DNA of 64,000 bases, taken from the NCBI GenBank assembly GCA_013265495.1, contig MU061578.1, positions 4,847,308 through 4,911,307 of the forward strand, read 5' to 3'. The notes under the pieces were generated by a model that saw only the letters and a program-made list of their open reading frames with translations, did not search any database and was not told where the DNA came from. This stretch comes from Vicugna vicugna (lineage: Eukaryota). Shown here one piece after another: positions 1 through 13,040 of the stretch (positions within the stretch are counted from its first letter, which is position 1; each line of letters begins with the position of its first letter). The position numbers were made by a program, and so were the translations under genes.

Positions 1-1890
1 GTGGCCTCTCATTCTCTTGATCTATATAGTATTTTGTGGTTTAAAAGAGAGTTTTTAATTTTCAAGGGCTTTTTCCCTCTTATTAGTGTTTTGTTTTGTT
101 AATATTTACTTTCAGTGCAGTTTGATCTAGGAATATGGTCAATATTTTTCAGCTTTTTAGAATTTGACATTTTCTTTATGGTTGACACAATTCTATTTTC
201 ATGACTAGTTCATGGATGCATATAAACTTTTTTGTCTCACTTCTATTGACCCCCTTTTAATATGGTGGACTTTTGATCCCAAAGATGATTTGAATGTACA
301 CTTTTATGTTAGAATTCTATCAACAATGATGAATTTTCATCTAGAAAGTATTTTCAACAAGAAGTTCACTAAAGTAACTTCAGTGAACCACATCAGTTTC
401 TTAGTCCTTTGTTTGGGAGTCAGAGACCAAGTCAATAAACCGAGATTTGAGAGACCTTATCTGGTAAGAGACAGAACTCCATAGCTGCCATCCTGTGGTT
501 GACAGAGTATCTGGTTTTAGTTCCCAGTTAAGGAGCCAACATAATGTAAATTGACAGACAGCTGACTAATATTTCACTGGAGTTTTATTCTTGGGGCAGG
601 GGGGAATATTTAATAAGCAGAGTTCTGTAATTGCTCAACTCCTAAGGTAATCTCTTGGTACTTCACAAAGTCACACCAGTAGGAAGTGGGCTACTAATGT
701 GCTGCAGCTGCTCAGAAGGGGAACTGTCTCCTATCCCTACTTGTGAAAGGCCGTGAAGGGTGGCAGATATAGCCAGCTTTCCTTCTTCCAGTGTATGTTG
801 TGACTTGGGTGGTCATATTCTTATCTTTTAGCCCAAATTGCCAGACCCTGGGAAGCCACACGTAGACTGGGGCCAGAGGAATGCACATTACCTAGACAAC
901 CCAGTCTTGATCCTAGATGCAGAAACGCATAAAACCTAGCAGATCTTTTTTTGGGGGGGGAGCAAGTGTGCTTTATGTTGTGCTTTGGTGGTTTATTAGG
1001 CAGAGAAGTTTGGAAATTTTATATACAGAAAGGATTTCTTTTCTCTGGGCAGCAAAGGTATGCTTCCGCCTACCCCTTTTCTGCTGGTAATAGAAACTTT
1101 CCTTGTGTGTGTGAGGGGTTAACCATCCCATTTTCTTTACCTTCCTTCCACCTGCCATTCTGCTGGGACCCAAGCTAAGGCAATCAGAGTCCTCTTGGGA
1201 GCTACCAGAAAGGAGGCACTCTTTACTCTAGGATTTGTATATAAGCCTAGAGCTCACGGGGGCTATCTTGGCCCCCAAGTGTTTATAGAGACTGCCTGAC
1301 AATAAGAGACAAAAGAAAGTAGGGTTGAGAGAGCCACAAACCCTGATTACATTATTTGAACACTTGGGTTCATCTATGTTCTGTAGCTTATTCCACTTTG
1401 GGCTTCCAGTTATGTGAGTGATGAATCCTTTTCTGGGGGTAGACTTAAGCTAGGTTGAGTTGGACTTCTGATACTTGTAACTGAAGCATAAGGAAAAAAG
1501 TGGATGGCTTTGAGATAGCTTTCAGAGACAGAATCATAGGACTTACTGGTGGATTTGATACGAGAGATGAAAGAGATCAAGGTTTAAACCTAGCTTTTGA
1601 CTTAAGCAACTGGTATAGACTTACTGTTTACTGAGATGGAAAGTAGAAAAGGCAGAGAGAATAAAATCAAGAGTGCCTTTGTGGACACATCAAGTTTGAG
1701 ATTCAGTGCCACTACAAGTACTTTGTTATGAAAGATGCCTCATTTCTGAGTTATTTGGAATAATTTGATCACTGATTGCATCTCATCTTCAATTTTTTTC
1801 CAAGGGTGTTATGGGTCCATAGATGTTTGCATGCTTGAAAATGTCTGCCTGTCAACTTGGCTGATGATAACATTCTAGGGTTGTGTGCTT

Positions 1891-2274
1891 TTTTGAAAAA
1901 AAAATTTTATTTTTTATTGAAGTGTCATTGATTTACAATGTTAGTTTCAGGTGTACAGCAAAGCAATTCAGTTATACATATACATATACATATATATATT
2001 TTCAGATTCTTTTCCATTATAACTTATTACAAGAAATTGATATAGTTCCCTGTCCTATACCCCTTGTTATCTACTTTATATATAGTAATATGTATCTGTT
2101 AATCCCAAACTCCTAATTTATCCTCTCCCCAACCCTTTCTCCATTGGTAACCATAGTTTGTTTTCTATGTATGCAAGTCTATTTCTGGTTTGTAAATAAA
2201 ATGTGTATTTTTTTAAGATTCCACATATTAGTGATATTATATGATATTTTTCTTTTTCTGTCTGACTTACTTTA
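1891..2274 (-). mobile_element. 5'-truncated L1 3' end
   Basis: T-rich tail then ttattgaagtgtcattgatttacaatgttag...agattccacatattagtgat, typical of an artiodactyl L1 3'UTR. Confidence 0.85.
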
Positions 2275-2684
2275 CAACCTCAATTTTTTTCCAAGGATGT
2301 TAATGGGTCCATAGATGTTTGCATACTTGAAAATGTCTGCCTATTAACTTGGCTGATTATAATATCCTAGGGTTGTGCACTTTGCCTCCATCCTCTGAGA
2401 ATCTTCCTATACTGTCCACTGATGGTCTCTGGGGAGAAGACTGAGGGAGGCTGGCCTGATTTTCTCCCTTCTGGTCAGTGATTTGTGGTTTTGTTTTGTT
2501 TTGTTTTTGTCTGGATGCTTGTAAGAACCTTTCTTTATCCTTGAAGTTCAGTGATTCACCAGGATGGTGTCTATTTTTACAGTTCTATTTAGGTTTTCAT
2601 CAGAACATGAGGATCTTTAAAAAAAATTTCTTTCAGATTCAGTCTTTCCTTCATTTGAGGTATGTTTTCTTCTAATACAAACAT

Positions 2685-2806
2685 TTTTTAAACTTTTTTT
2701 TATTGATTTATAATCATTTTACAATGTTGTGTCAAATTCTGGTGTATAGCACAATTTTTCAGTTATGCATGAACATATATATATTCTTTGTCTCATTTTT
2801 TCTCTG
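2685..2806 (-). mobile_element. Short lineage-specific L1 3' end
   Basis: ttttattgatttataatcattttacaatgttgtgtcaaatt motif, shared with copies at 11887, 20570, 52218, 53740 and 58231; short TSD caaacat. Confidence 0.8.
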
Positions 2807-2854
2807 CAAACATATATTTAAATGTGTATATATTTCTGTTCTAATTAAGCCATT

Positions 2855-3220
2855 TGCTATGAATTGAGTTGTGTCCTCCTAAAATTCATACATTGAAGCC
2901 CTAACCCCAGTGTGACTCATCTGGGGACAGAGTCTTTAGGTAACTGAGATTAAATGAGATCGTAAGAGTAGGGCCCTAATCTGATAGGACTGTGGTCCTA
3001 TAAGAAGAGGAAAAGAGAGGGAAGTCTCTCTCTCTCCATCATGTGAGGACTCGGTGAGAAGGTGACCATCTGTAAGCCAAGAAGAAAGCTCTTATGGGGA
3101 CCTCGCTATACTGGCACCCTGATCTCAGACTTCCAGCCCCCAGAACTGTGAGAAAATTAATTTCTGTTGTTTAAGCCACCCAGTCTGTGGTTATTATGGC
3201 AGGCCAAGAAGACTAACACA
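2855..3220 (+). mobile_element. MaLR solo LTR (MLT1A-like)
   Basis: TG...CA termini, 5-bp TSD CCATT on both sides, internal gacttccagcccccagaactgtgagaaa motif. Confidence 0.88.
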
Positions 3221-4211
3221 CCATTCTCTACTTCAGGGATATTAATTACCTGCATCTTGAATATCTTTTTATCTTTTCTCACTATAATTATCTTTATTTT
3301 GTCAATTCTTTTTCTCACATATTTTCTCATTTATTTTAAGTGAAAAACAGAAGGTACAGAACAATTATATAGTTTGCTACCATTTACATAAAGAGGGTGT
3401 GTGTATTCAAATATATTTGCAAAAAGAGAACATTGGAAATATAAATTATATTTAATAAATATAAATAAGAAAAAGATATTTTCTCATGTATATCTTGCAG
3501 ATCTCAGATTTCTGCTAGTAAATAGAGCTCTTCCTTATTTTTAAAATTGCATATTACTTCATTGTTTAGATAAACAATAGTTAATATAACTAATCCCCTA
3601 TTGATGGACATTGGGCTGTGTATAGTTCTTTACCGTTACGAACATTGCTGCAATACAGAATCTTGTATGTATGTCATCTCATACTTGTGCGAGTATGTCT
3701 GCAGAGGAGAGTCCTAGAAGTGGGGTTGCTGGGTCAGTATACAACATGCAATATGGCAATATGTTCTTTTGGAAATTCTGAATAGTTGCTGCGTTGCTTA
3801 TTTTGAGCCCATTTTTTTCTTTTTCTATGTTAGTCAAGTTTTCCCAAATATAGCATAAACAGACTTTCCCTAATCCCCTTCCTACTGATCTGGGACCTTT
3901 TTGAATCCTGTCCTCTAACTGAGCTTGAGGCGGATGATTCATAGTTTGTCTTCTGTTGTATTGTTGTGATCCTGCAGAAATGACTGAGGCCTCTATTCTG
4001 ACTACATTGCAGCCCAGCTTCTCCCTGCCCAGGCCTGCTTCCTTTCCTCTCCAAAAGCACTGATTTCAAGAGTGCTCTCCAGTAAACTTTCCATGCAGAA
4101 ACCTCCATTTCAGTGTCAGCAATGTGGTGTTAAGATGCGTTTCCCTGATGACCAGATGGGTTGAGCATTTTTTTCATGTTTGTGAGCCATTTAGTATTCT
4201 CTTTTGGAACT

Positions 4212-4244
4212 CACTTGATCTCAGCCAAAAGGCTGAGAAGCGAT
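4212..4244 (-). pseudogene. 3'-truncated U2 snRNA retropseudogene (nt 1-33)
   Basis: Reverse complement ATCGCTTCTCAGCCTTTTGGCTGAGATCAAGTG matches the U2 5' end with 2 mismatches; degenerate flanking direct repeat around tggaactca. Confidence 0.9.
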
Positions 4245-5590
4245 AATCTGTTCTGGAACTCATCTATTCAAATCTCTTGCCTATTTTTCTATTGGGATGT
4301 CTTTTCTTAGTGACTTGTAGGGATCTTTAGATATTCTATATACAAGTCATTTGTTAGATGTGTGTGTGTGCTAGATACCTTTGCTTATTCGGTATTACAT
4401 TTTCTCCCTTCTTGGTGTCTTTTGTGGAACAGAAATTCTTAATTTTGATATAATTGCATTTAACATTTTTTCTTTATATTTAGTGGTTTGGAGTCAAGTT
4501 TAAGAAATCTTTTGTCTACTTCAAGATCATTAATATGTTTTCCTTTTTTTTCCCCTAAAAGCTGCATTACCTTACCGTTCACATTTAGATCTGTATTTCA
4601 TCTGAAATTGCTGTTTTGTGTATAGTGGAGGCAGGGGTCAGTATACGTTGTTTTCCACGTGGATAGCCAGCTGACTCTCGGCCGTTTATTGAAAAGGCCC
4701 TGTTTCCCTGTGTTCTATAGTGTCACCTTTGTTATAAATCAAGTGACTATATACCTGTGAGGCTTTTCTGGAATTCTATTCTATTTCATTTGTCAGTTTG
4801 TTTATCGTTAAGTGCATCTCTTTTGACTCTCACTTTCTGCTTGTCCTACAATGTTTTCCTCTGTATGTATTACTTTCCCTTACTAGGCTTATTTTCTACA
4901 AAGATGAGCTCCATTGTGATCAATCTTTTTATGAGAGCATTTTGTTCGGACAAAATTTCAGTGCATAATTACTTCAGTGCATAATTGCTAGTTGTTGAAC
5001 ATTACAAGCATCTAAATAAACCTTCTTTTAAAAAAACAGTCTACCTGCATTATCACACATTTAAAAAGACACTTGGTATGAAAATCTTCACCTGCTCTTT
5101 ATGTTTTTTCCTGTTCCATTCCATTGAACCATAACTGTGGTTGGAGAAAACCTTGTATTCTCATTTTCTCTGGCTGTTACTTTTTATCTGTGTTGGACCA
5201 GTAATGAGCCAAAATACTTCCTCATCTACATGGCGAGGGTCAAGTTTGGCAAATTCTAACACCAACTTTTAAAGGATTGAATGCCGAATGTTTTGGTAGA
5301 TGTATGTTGTTCCCAGTTCTTCACGCTTTCCTTGTGTTAAATTTTACATCGGTGCCCTTTGCCATGTGATGTTGCAGTGCCTCCCACTGGAGTGGTCAGA
5401 GCTTCTTTCCCTGTTGTGCTGATACCGGGCTTGGCTGTGGGGTTTGCCCTGGCCAGCGGAATGCTTAGCAGGTGTTGTGTGAGAAGGCTTCAGCAAATCT
5501 GTGAGATTTGGCTTGGTCTCTTGCTGTTACAACAACATGTTCCAGCTGGTGGCTGGTCTGAGGAGGGTGAGGAGACACATAGAACAGGGC

Positions 5591-5995
5591 TGTATTAGTT
5601 TACTAGAGTTGCCATAACTAAATAACACAGACCAGGTGGCTCAAAGAAGAGACATTTATTTTCTCGCAGTTCTGGAGGCTAGAAGGCCAAGGTTAAGGTG
5701 TCACCAGATTTGGTTTCTTCTGAGACCTTTCTCCTAGGCTTGCAGGTGGCTGTCTTCTTGCTGTGTCCTCACATGGTCTTTCCTGTGCCGTGCATCCCTG
5801 GTGCCTCCTTGTGTGTATAGATTTCCTCCTCTTTTAAGAACACCAGTCAGATTGTTAGAGGGCCCACCCTAACTACCTCATTTTAACCGCATCAACTCTT
5901 TAAAGGCCCTAAATCCAAATGCAGTCACATTCTGGGGTGCTGGGGGTTAGGACTTCAACGTATGAATTTGGAGGGACACAATTCAGTCCAAACCA
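5591..5995 (-). mobile_element. MaLR solo LTR (MLT1A-like), apparently nested in an older MLT1 LTR (~5290-6150)
   Basis: tgtattagtttactagagttgccataac...ggacacaattcagtcc consensus-like sequence. Confidence 0.8.
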
Positions 5996-6529
5996 AATCT
6001 GAAGACAAGTCCAGCCCATCCCAGGAGGCCAGCACAGCCAGACTTTTTAGCAGACCCATAAGCTGGAAACAAATGCCTGAAGTTGTAGGCCAATGAGTTC
6101 TGGTGTGGTGGTGTTTATCATATAAGATTATTGGAACAATAGCTGGCTAGGTAAATGTATCATTGCATTCACTATTTTTGTTCATTGAGGGGAAATTCAC
6201 GTAACATACTATTAGCCATTTGAAATTATACAATTCAGTGATACTTCATATATTCACAATGCTGTTTCTTTAATTTCTAATGTGCAGTGTCAGAGATACT
6301 TTAACTGGAGGAAAATGTACATATATTTTTTTTCTCAATGCAAAAATGTTTTTCTGGAAATGAAAATCTCATTGTAGTAGTATCTAAAAATTAAAGCATA
6401 TCCTACACTTGGGAAACAAAGAGTGAAAAGAGGAGGAACTTGGTGTTATCCAAAGTATTTTTCTTTCCTCACAGTCATGTCTGTTCCAACAATGTCCCTG
6501 CAAAACTGCATACCCTTTAATTAATTTCT

Positions 6530-7740
6530 TTCTTCTTTCAGTATTTGCTGAATGACTACCACGTGCTGGCCCTGCTGTTGTGTCTGGGAATTCAATGGTG
6601 GGGAAAAAAGGCCGAAAAATCCCTGCTTTCAGGGAGCATACAAATTCTATTAGGGGAATCAGATTAACTCAGATAAGTAAATAAATACCATGTTAAATAG
6701 TTCAAAAGTGCTAAGAGAAAAACTAATAGGGAAGATTGATACAAAGTGTTTAGTGTTTTTGAACTTTTATATAAGGTGATCAAGAAAGGTCTCACTGAGA
6801 AAGTGATTTTTAAATAAAGATCTGAAAGAAGTAGGAGAGGTAGCCATGTCCAGACGTGAGGGAAGTGTGCGCTGGGCAGCAAGTGCAAAGGTTTGAGGCA
6901 GAAGTGTATTTTCTCTGTTCTAGGACTATGACTCAGGAGCAGGGACAGGGAGGGGAAGTGAAGCAGAAGATGAGATGAGAAAGCACTAACGGGCTGTATT
7001 CCATAGAGCTTTGTAGATCATTGTAAAAGCTAGGCTCTTTCTGAGGTGAGATGGGAGCCATTATAGAGTTGTGAGCAAGGGAGTGGGTGTGACCTACTGC
7101 AGGGAAAATGGATCACCGTGTGGCAGGAGCAGGCACACTGATACCACTGTAGGGGCCATTGCAGAAATCCAGGCAATGAGATGAGGCTGTGTTGGACCAG
7201 AAGATAAGAGTAGGGGTAGTGAAAAGGGATTGAATTCTGGGTATATTTCACAAATAGAGCCAACAGGATTTGCTAACAAACTGGATGTAGGATGTGAAAG
7301 AGAGAGAGGAATCAAGAGTAACCCTGAATAACTCAAAGAATCGAATTGATAATTGAGGTGAGGAAGACTGTAGGATGATCTGTTTTAGGAGAAACATGAA
7401 TAGCCCAGTTTGGACAGGGTGAGTGGAGATGACAGCAGGCAAATGGTCATTTGGGTCTAGAGTCAGAGGCGAGGTCAAGGCTGAAGATATAAATTTAGAA
7501 GTTGTCATGTAGAAAGATTTAAGCCCAAGAGACTGAGTGAGAGCACATACAGGGTGAGTACTGCTGGAAAAGAGAAGAGCCCACAGATGGAGCCCTAGGG
7601 CACTTTAATGTTTAGAGGGTGGGGAGAGGAGGAGGAGTGAGCCAAAAAGGAACTGCTCAGAAGGGAGGAGGAAAGGTAATCCAGGATGGTGTTCTGAAAG
7701 CCTAAGAGAAGAGTTTTCAAGGATGAGAGAGTAACTCAAC
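6530..7740 (-). mobile_element. L2 LINE fragment
   Basis: Purine-rich antisense L2 motifs (tttgctgaatgactacc, ggagccattatagag, ggatttgctaacaaactggatgtagg). Confidence 0.75.
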
Positions 7741-7814
7741 ATTTTTATGTTATACATAACATTTCCCCCATTTTTTCCCCAACCAGTGGTGATCCCTCCT
7801 CTTCAGCTAGAAGA

Positions 7815-7868
7815 ATGACAATGTTCAGGAATTTAAAACTTATTCTCTGGAAGAATTTCATTTTAAAG
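7815..7868 (+). pseudogene. ABCA17: Coding exon 1 (MTMFRNLKLILWKNFILK)
   Basis: ATG at 7815; ABCA-family LxxWKN N-terminal motif; GT donor at 7869; candidate acceptors upstream ending at 7786 or 7806. Confidence 0.9.
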
Positions 7869-8257
7869 GTGGGTATGGTTATCTGTGGGGAATATGTGAG
7901 TCTCCTTGGGAGGAAGTGAATGCTTTAGTTAAGTTGGTTTTCTAATATTGGAGTAAAGAAAAAAAGAAGAACTTGACTTGTAACAAGGTGCCCTTTTCTG
8001 CAAAAATGAGCCATGTTTCCATAGGAATTCTGTTAGCCTTAATTATTGAAGATAGCATCATAGTGGCTAATACCTAGCCACTGGTGTTATAGAAAAGATA
8101 AAAGGAGATGTTTCTAGATAATTCTCATTGTATTTTTTTCTTTCTCATGTGTTGTCCAGGGATGCCAGAAGAAATGAAAGCGTTCTTAGTGGAAGGACAT
8201 TCACCGTGTAGCGACTTACACTTGCGTTCTAAGATACAGCTTTTGTTTTTATTTTAG

Positions 8258-8519
8258 AAAAGAAAGACTCTGATAACAGTCCTTGAAGTCTTGACGCCAT
8301 TGCTGTTTTCTACAATTGTAACGTACCTTCGTTTTGACAGTTTGCCAAGAAAAAGACTTCCTGTTGACCACGACACAATTGATATCACTTCACTGCCAGA
8401 ATTCTTCAATCAGTTTCCTCTGAGAAATAGATTTCAACTAGTTTATATTCCTTCCAAAAGTGAAACTTTGAAGAATATCGCTGAAATGGTGGAAAAAACC
8501 TTTGATGTTGAGTTTGAAG
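8258..8519 (+). pseudogene. ABCA17: Coding exon 2 (KRKTLITVLEVLTPLLF...TFDVEFE)
   Basis: ttttag acceptor, open frame (ORF 8291-8524), GT donor at 8520, 262 nt, phase 0 to 1. Confidence 0.92.
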
Positions 8520-11191
8520 GTTAGACATAGCAATGGAGTAAGGACAGGGAGGGCATTTTTATGAAGTATAGTTTAAAGATTTTTTTCCTGTGAGTTCTTA
8601 CAGTAGTGGTTCCAAATCTGGGGACTCCGAACTCTAAAAAGTCTGCAGAGGTGGTAGCTGGGGGAAAGCAGTCCACAAGTTATTTTTATTATTTCAAACA
8701 ACACTCTAGAGACTTGTGCATTTGTGTCACAAGGCTTCAAGGTTGATTAAATGTTCAGTATTTGTCTTTAACTCACTAGAATGACACTGGTTATCTCATA
8801 TTAACCAGAAGCCATGATTTGCAATTATAATATGTCTCTGACTAATAAAAAACAGGACATATTCAGATTCTGAATTAGCCTTCTAACTGGTCCCTTTCTT
8901 CCTTTTCTTGTCCCATTCTCATCCAGTCTCTATATGGAGCCAGAAAGATCTTTAAAAGATTGGTAACATCTAGCCAGTCTCCTGCTTAAGCCCCTTGGGT
9001 GAGTCTGCATTGCACTAGGGTCAACCAGACCTTTCCCCAGTCTTCCTGCATCCTCTCTTCCTTCTGCTCTCACGCTTTGGTGGAGTTGCCACCTTTCTGT
9101 TCCTGGAATCTGTGAGCCTTTCCTCCCTTCTGACAGAATGCTTTGACCCCAGCTCTTCTGTGCGTTGCTCCTTCTTATCATTGAGGTTTCTGCTAAAGTG
9201 GCACTTAGGAATGTAGATTTTAGGTTTCTCACCTCTGTCTTTTTCTCTCTCACAGAACCCTGCTGGATATGTTCATAGCATTTTGATAAATATTTAATTA
9301 CATTGCCAGCCATTACTTTCTGTGTGTGTCTGCCCTTCCCTGCTAGGCTTCGCCTCCATTGTTTTTCACCTGTTTTTGCGGGGGAAGGTGTAGAAAAGCT
9401 TTTTCTCTAGAGATAGTTGATCTCATTACTAAGGTGTGACTCTTCTGAATGCCTCAAGTGATCACCAGGAACTGTCTGTGTGGACAGGTCAGATCTCAAA
9501 TGCCTCCTGGTCTTCTGTGGGCTCTGGGCCCCTCTTAGCTCAGACTCTCCTGTTTGCCCAGCAGGGCATGTTTTCGTGCTCACTGAAGGCATCCTCTGTG
9601 CGGACTTCTAGGTTTGTTTCCCTGCGTAGCCTGCTTTACTTGGGAACTCGGCCCTGCAACTCTCAGCCGTTTCAGACTCTTCGAACTCCAATCTCTGTCA
9701 ACTCAGCCACGTAGCTGTGTTCCACTTGGGTTTCCCCTCCCTGTTCTGTGGTATGAAATGTGCTTCCAGACAGAAAACCACGGCAATCTTAGTGGCTGCC
9801 TTGTTTGTTTCCCTCTTCTCAGGAATCCTAATGCTTTGCTGCTTACTGTCCATTGTCTGAAAAACTTGATACTTTTTTCCCTGTCCAGTTTTCTCATTAT
9901 TTATGTAGGAGGGTAAATTCAATCTCTATTATTCCATCATGGTCAGAAGCATAAGTCATAGTTTTTTTTTTTTAACATTCAAAATAAATTGGCTTACAGA
10001 GATTGTGTCATGATGACGGAACTGGAGGGCGGATGGTAGGTGAGTGACTCTTCACCATTTAACCTTTAGTATCATTCGAATTTTTACCATGTGCATGCCT
10101 GTTGCTTTTTAATCTAGTTAATGAATTCTCGTTAGTATTTTCAGAGACATTTGAGAAAATGTTGCCAATCCAAAAAAAAAAAAAGGACCCCTATGGAAAG
10201 AAACAGAAGGAGGACTTGGAAATTAAAAATGATTATCAAAATAAGTTTCATGGATATAATAGAATGGACATGTTTGAAGTCCAGTTGGTGATCTGGAAGA
10301 TAAAGGCAAGGAAGTTTCTGATAATGTAAAGCAAAGAGACAAAGAAATGGAAAATATGAAAGATGAGGGGATAGACATGAAGGGCAGGTCTGGAAGTCCC
10401 ACCTTGGTCTACTCGGGTTTCTAGAAGGAAGAAAGGAGACAACTGAGGTGGGGGAATCAAAGCTACACAGAAAAGATTTCTGGAAGAGTACTGGCATTTT
10501 CAGCTTGCTAAATTTCACTAGTTACAAGCAGGAGAAATGAAAAATAGCAAATGTGGGCACGTATTAGTGACATTTCTGAACCCAGGGATTGAAGAATAGA
10601 AGTCCTACAGGCTTCTGGTTACCTACAAGGAATCAGACATCACACCCAGCAACACTGCATGCTAAATTGTGTAGTAACACCTTCAGCATTCTGAGAAAAG
10701 CATTTTCAAGGCAGATCCTGTATTAAATTGTCAATTAGATGTGAGGGCCGTTGACTGTAGAAACGATTTCTCTTGTCAGAGCAGCTATATTTCTTTATGA
10801 TTTTGTTTCCCGCTTTTGGTTGTTATGACCATGAAGAAAAGGCTGAAATGGAGCAATAGCTATTTTCTCATTGACATGGGCAAGAATTGAGCTCTATCTA
10901 CTGTAGCCCTAAGTGCTACTTGGCTAAGAAGAACTGGAATACAAATTTTCAGAACCCCAAAGGGGTTTAGACTGTTACCATTTGACTTGTATTCCCACTG
11001 CTTGGCGTAGCTCCACGCATCTTATACAAGATGCACTCATTTGTTTGCAGAATGATGGAGTGAACGAATGATGTTTGCCAACCCTCAGCTGAGAAGCTGG
11101 CAATCCCACGTCTCCTTCAGTAGAAAGGGAGTAGTTGAGCAGCATTTGCCTTCCTAACAGCTACTCACTGACTGGATTTTTCTCTCTGTAG

Positions 11192-11318
11192 TTCTAGGCT
11201 ATTCTTCGTGCCTTCGTCTGAAAATTACATAATTCAGGATCCCAAAGCTTTCTACGTATTGACTGGAATTGTTTTCAATCACAGCTTCAGTGACAGCAAA
11301 GAGCCCTTGCCACTCGAG
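11192..11318 (+). pseudogene. ABCA17: Coding exon 3 with 1-nt deletion frameshift
   Basis: tgtag acceptor and gtaaga donor. VLGYS then a frame change to VPSSENYIIQDPKAFYVLTGIVFNHSFSDSKEPLPLE. Length 127 nt where phase requires 128; the shifted frame stops at TAA 11230-11232. Confidence 0.88.
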
Positions 11319-11574
11319 GTAAGAGCATCTCTTCCATCACCGTCTTATGCTACCCAGCCTTGAGCATGAGTTCACTAAGGGGTCTTGTTACCGGAGCTGC
11401 CCCTCTGCTTTCCTCTATGTCAGCTTTGTCACCTGGTGGCCATCTTATTTCCAGAGGAGATAAGAGAATCCTCCTGATTTCATCCTGGACTGTGAGAGCC
11501 CTTCCAGTTTTCAGATTCTTTAGAAGACTTTTTTGGAGCAAGCCTCTATCCTGAGAGTACAGGACGACGTATGT

Positions 11575-11830
11575 TCAACAGCTGGGTTATAGAAGCGAGC
11601 CCCAATGCCAGACTCCGTAGTCTTGAGTCCCAGCTCTGCAGCTTCCTAACTGTGTGACCTCGGGACAGTTACTAACATTCCTGGGCCTCAGTTCCCTCAT
11701 CAGTGTGGTGGGATTATTAATACTTCCTAACTCATAGAACTGTTGTGAGGATTAAATGAATTTATACCTACAAAATGCTTAGAACAGAACCTGGAGCAGA
11801 GGCATTTTCCAGAAGGAATAGTTGTCATTA
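11575..11830 (+). mobile_element. MIR SINE
   Basis: Core tgtgtgacctcgggacagttactaac...cctcagttccctcatc...tgtgaggattaaatga. Confidence 0.85.
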
Positions 11831-11886
11831 CTGCTGATCTCACAGACTTCAGATATGGCAGATCTGTTTGTTTAAGGAAAAGGCAG

Positions 11887-12301
11887 TTTTTTTAAACATT
11901 TTTTATTGATTTATAATCATTTTACAATGTTGTGTCAAATTCCAGTGTTCAGCACAATTTTTCAGTCATTCATGGACATATACACACTCATTGTCACATT
12001 TTTTTCTCTGTGAGTTATCATAACATTTTGTGTATATTTCCCTGTGCTATACAGTGTAATCTTGTTTATCTATTCTACAATTTTGAAATCCCAGTCTATC
12101 CCTTCCTGCCCTCCACCCCCCTGGCAACCACAAGTCTGTATTCTCTGTCTATGAGTCTATTTCTGTCCTGTATTTACGCTGTGTTTTTGTTTGTTTGTTT
12201 GTTTTTGTTTTTGTTTTTTAGATTCCACACATGAGCGATCTCATATGGTATTTTTCTTTCTCTTTCTGGCTTATTTCACTTAGAATAACATTCTCCAGGA
12301 G
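11887..12301 (-). mobile_element. 5'-truncated young L1 3' end
   Basis: Same 3' family motif; TSD-like aaggcagt on both sides. Confidence 0.88.
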
Positions 12302-12469
12302 AAGGCAGTGTTTTAAACACAGGAATACTTGCCTTCTGCTTTAGGGCAGGGAAACCACTCATGGATAGCTTTTGTGTTGTGCTGTGCAGTCTATTTTATG
12401 ATCAGTTGTGAGAACTTGCATGGAATGTTGGGAGATAGAGACAAAACATTTTTCAAACACTAATGCCAG

Positions 12470-12640
12470 GTCCACAGAGACCATCTCACTTGATTCCACA
12501 GCACTTCTGGGGTAGGTACTATTAACATCATTCCCATTTAACTGATGAGGAAACTGAGACAAGAAGATTAAGTAACTTGCCCAGAGCACCATGGATCCAT
12601 GGATCCAAGTAGTCTGGCTTCAGAGCCTGCACTCAGAACT
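12470..12640 (-). mobile_element. MIR SINE
   Basis: cccatttaactgatgaggaaactgagac...aagtaacttgcccagag core. Confidence 0.8.
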
Positions 12641-12877
12641 GTTCTGCAGGACTCCTTTCCTGATGGGGGCTCAGTAGCCCCTTGTCTGTTTCTTAGGATG
12701 GTCACAGCTGCAAGCAGGGAAGACCACTGCTGCAGTGTGCTCCCCAGCGGACGTCTACCAGGGTGGGTGCTTCTCCTTCAGTTGTAGCTGACATCAAGCA
12801 CACCCTTGCTTTGTTCTGTTCCTTTTCTGAGTTCCAGGATCTCATGGCTGAATTTGTTTTCTCTTCATTTTTCACAG

Positions 12878-13040
12878 GTTAAGTATTACTTGTGCTTCAG
12901 TTGCTTTCAGAGGAATTATTTATTCTTGAGGCTAATATTCCATCAAGATGGCTTTCAAGGCTGGAGCACATCCTTTTTTTATCCTCCTAACCTGAGCCAA
13001 GAGCCCCGGGACTGTGGACATTCCAATGGGGGATCCCCTG
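12878..13040 (+). pseudogene. ABCA17: Coding exon 4 (VKYYLCFS...GWSTSFFYPPNLSQEPRD...GGSP)
   Basis: ttcacag acceptor, gtgagg donor, 163 nt open. Confidence 0.9.

Noticed and set aside
1..7780. Promoter or non-coding first exons of the gene
   Set aside because: No CpG island or supportable exon; the region is mostly LTR, L1 and L2 remnants
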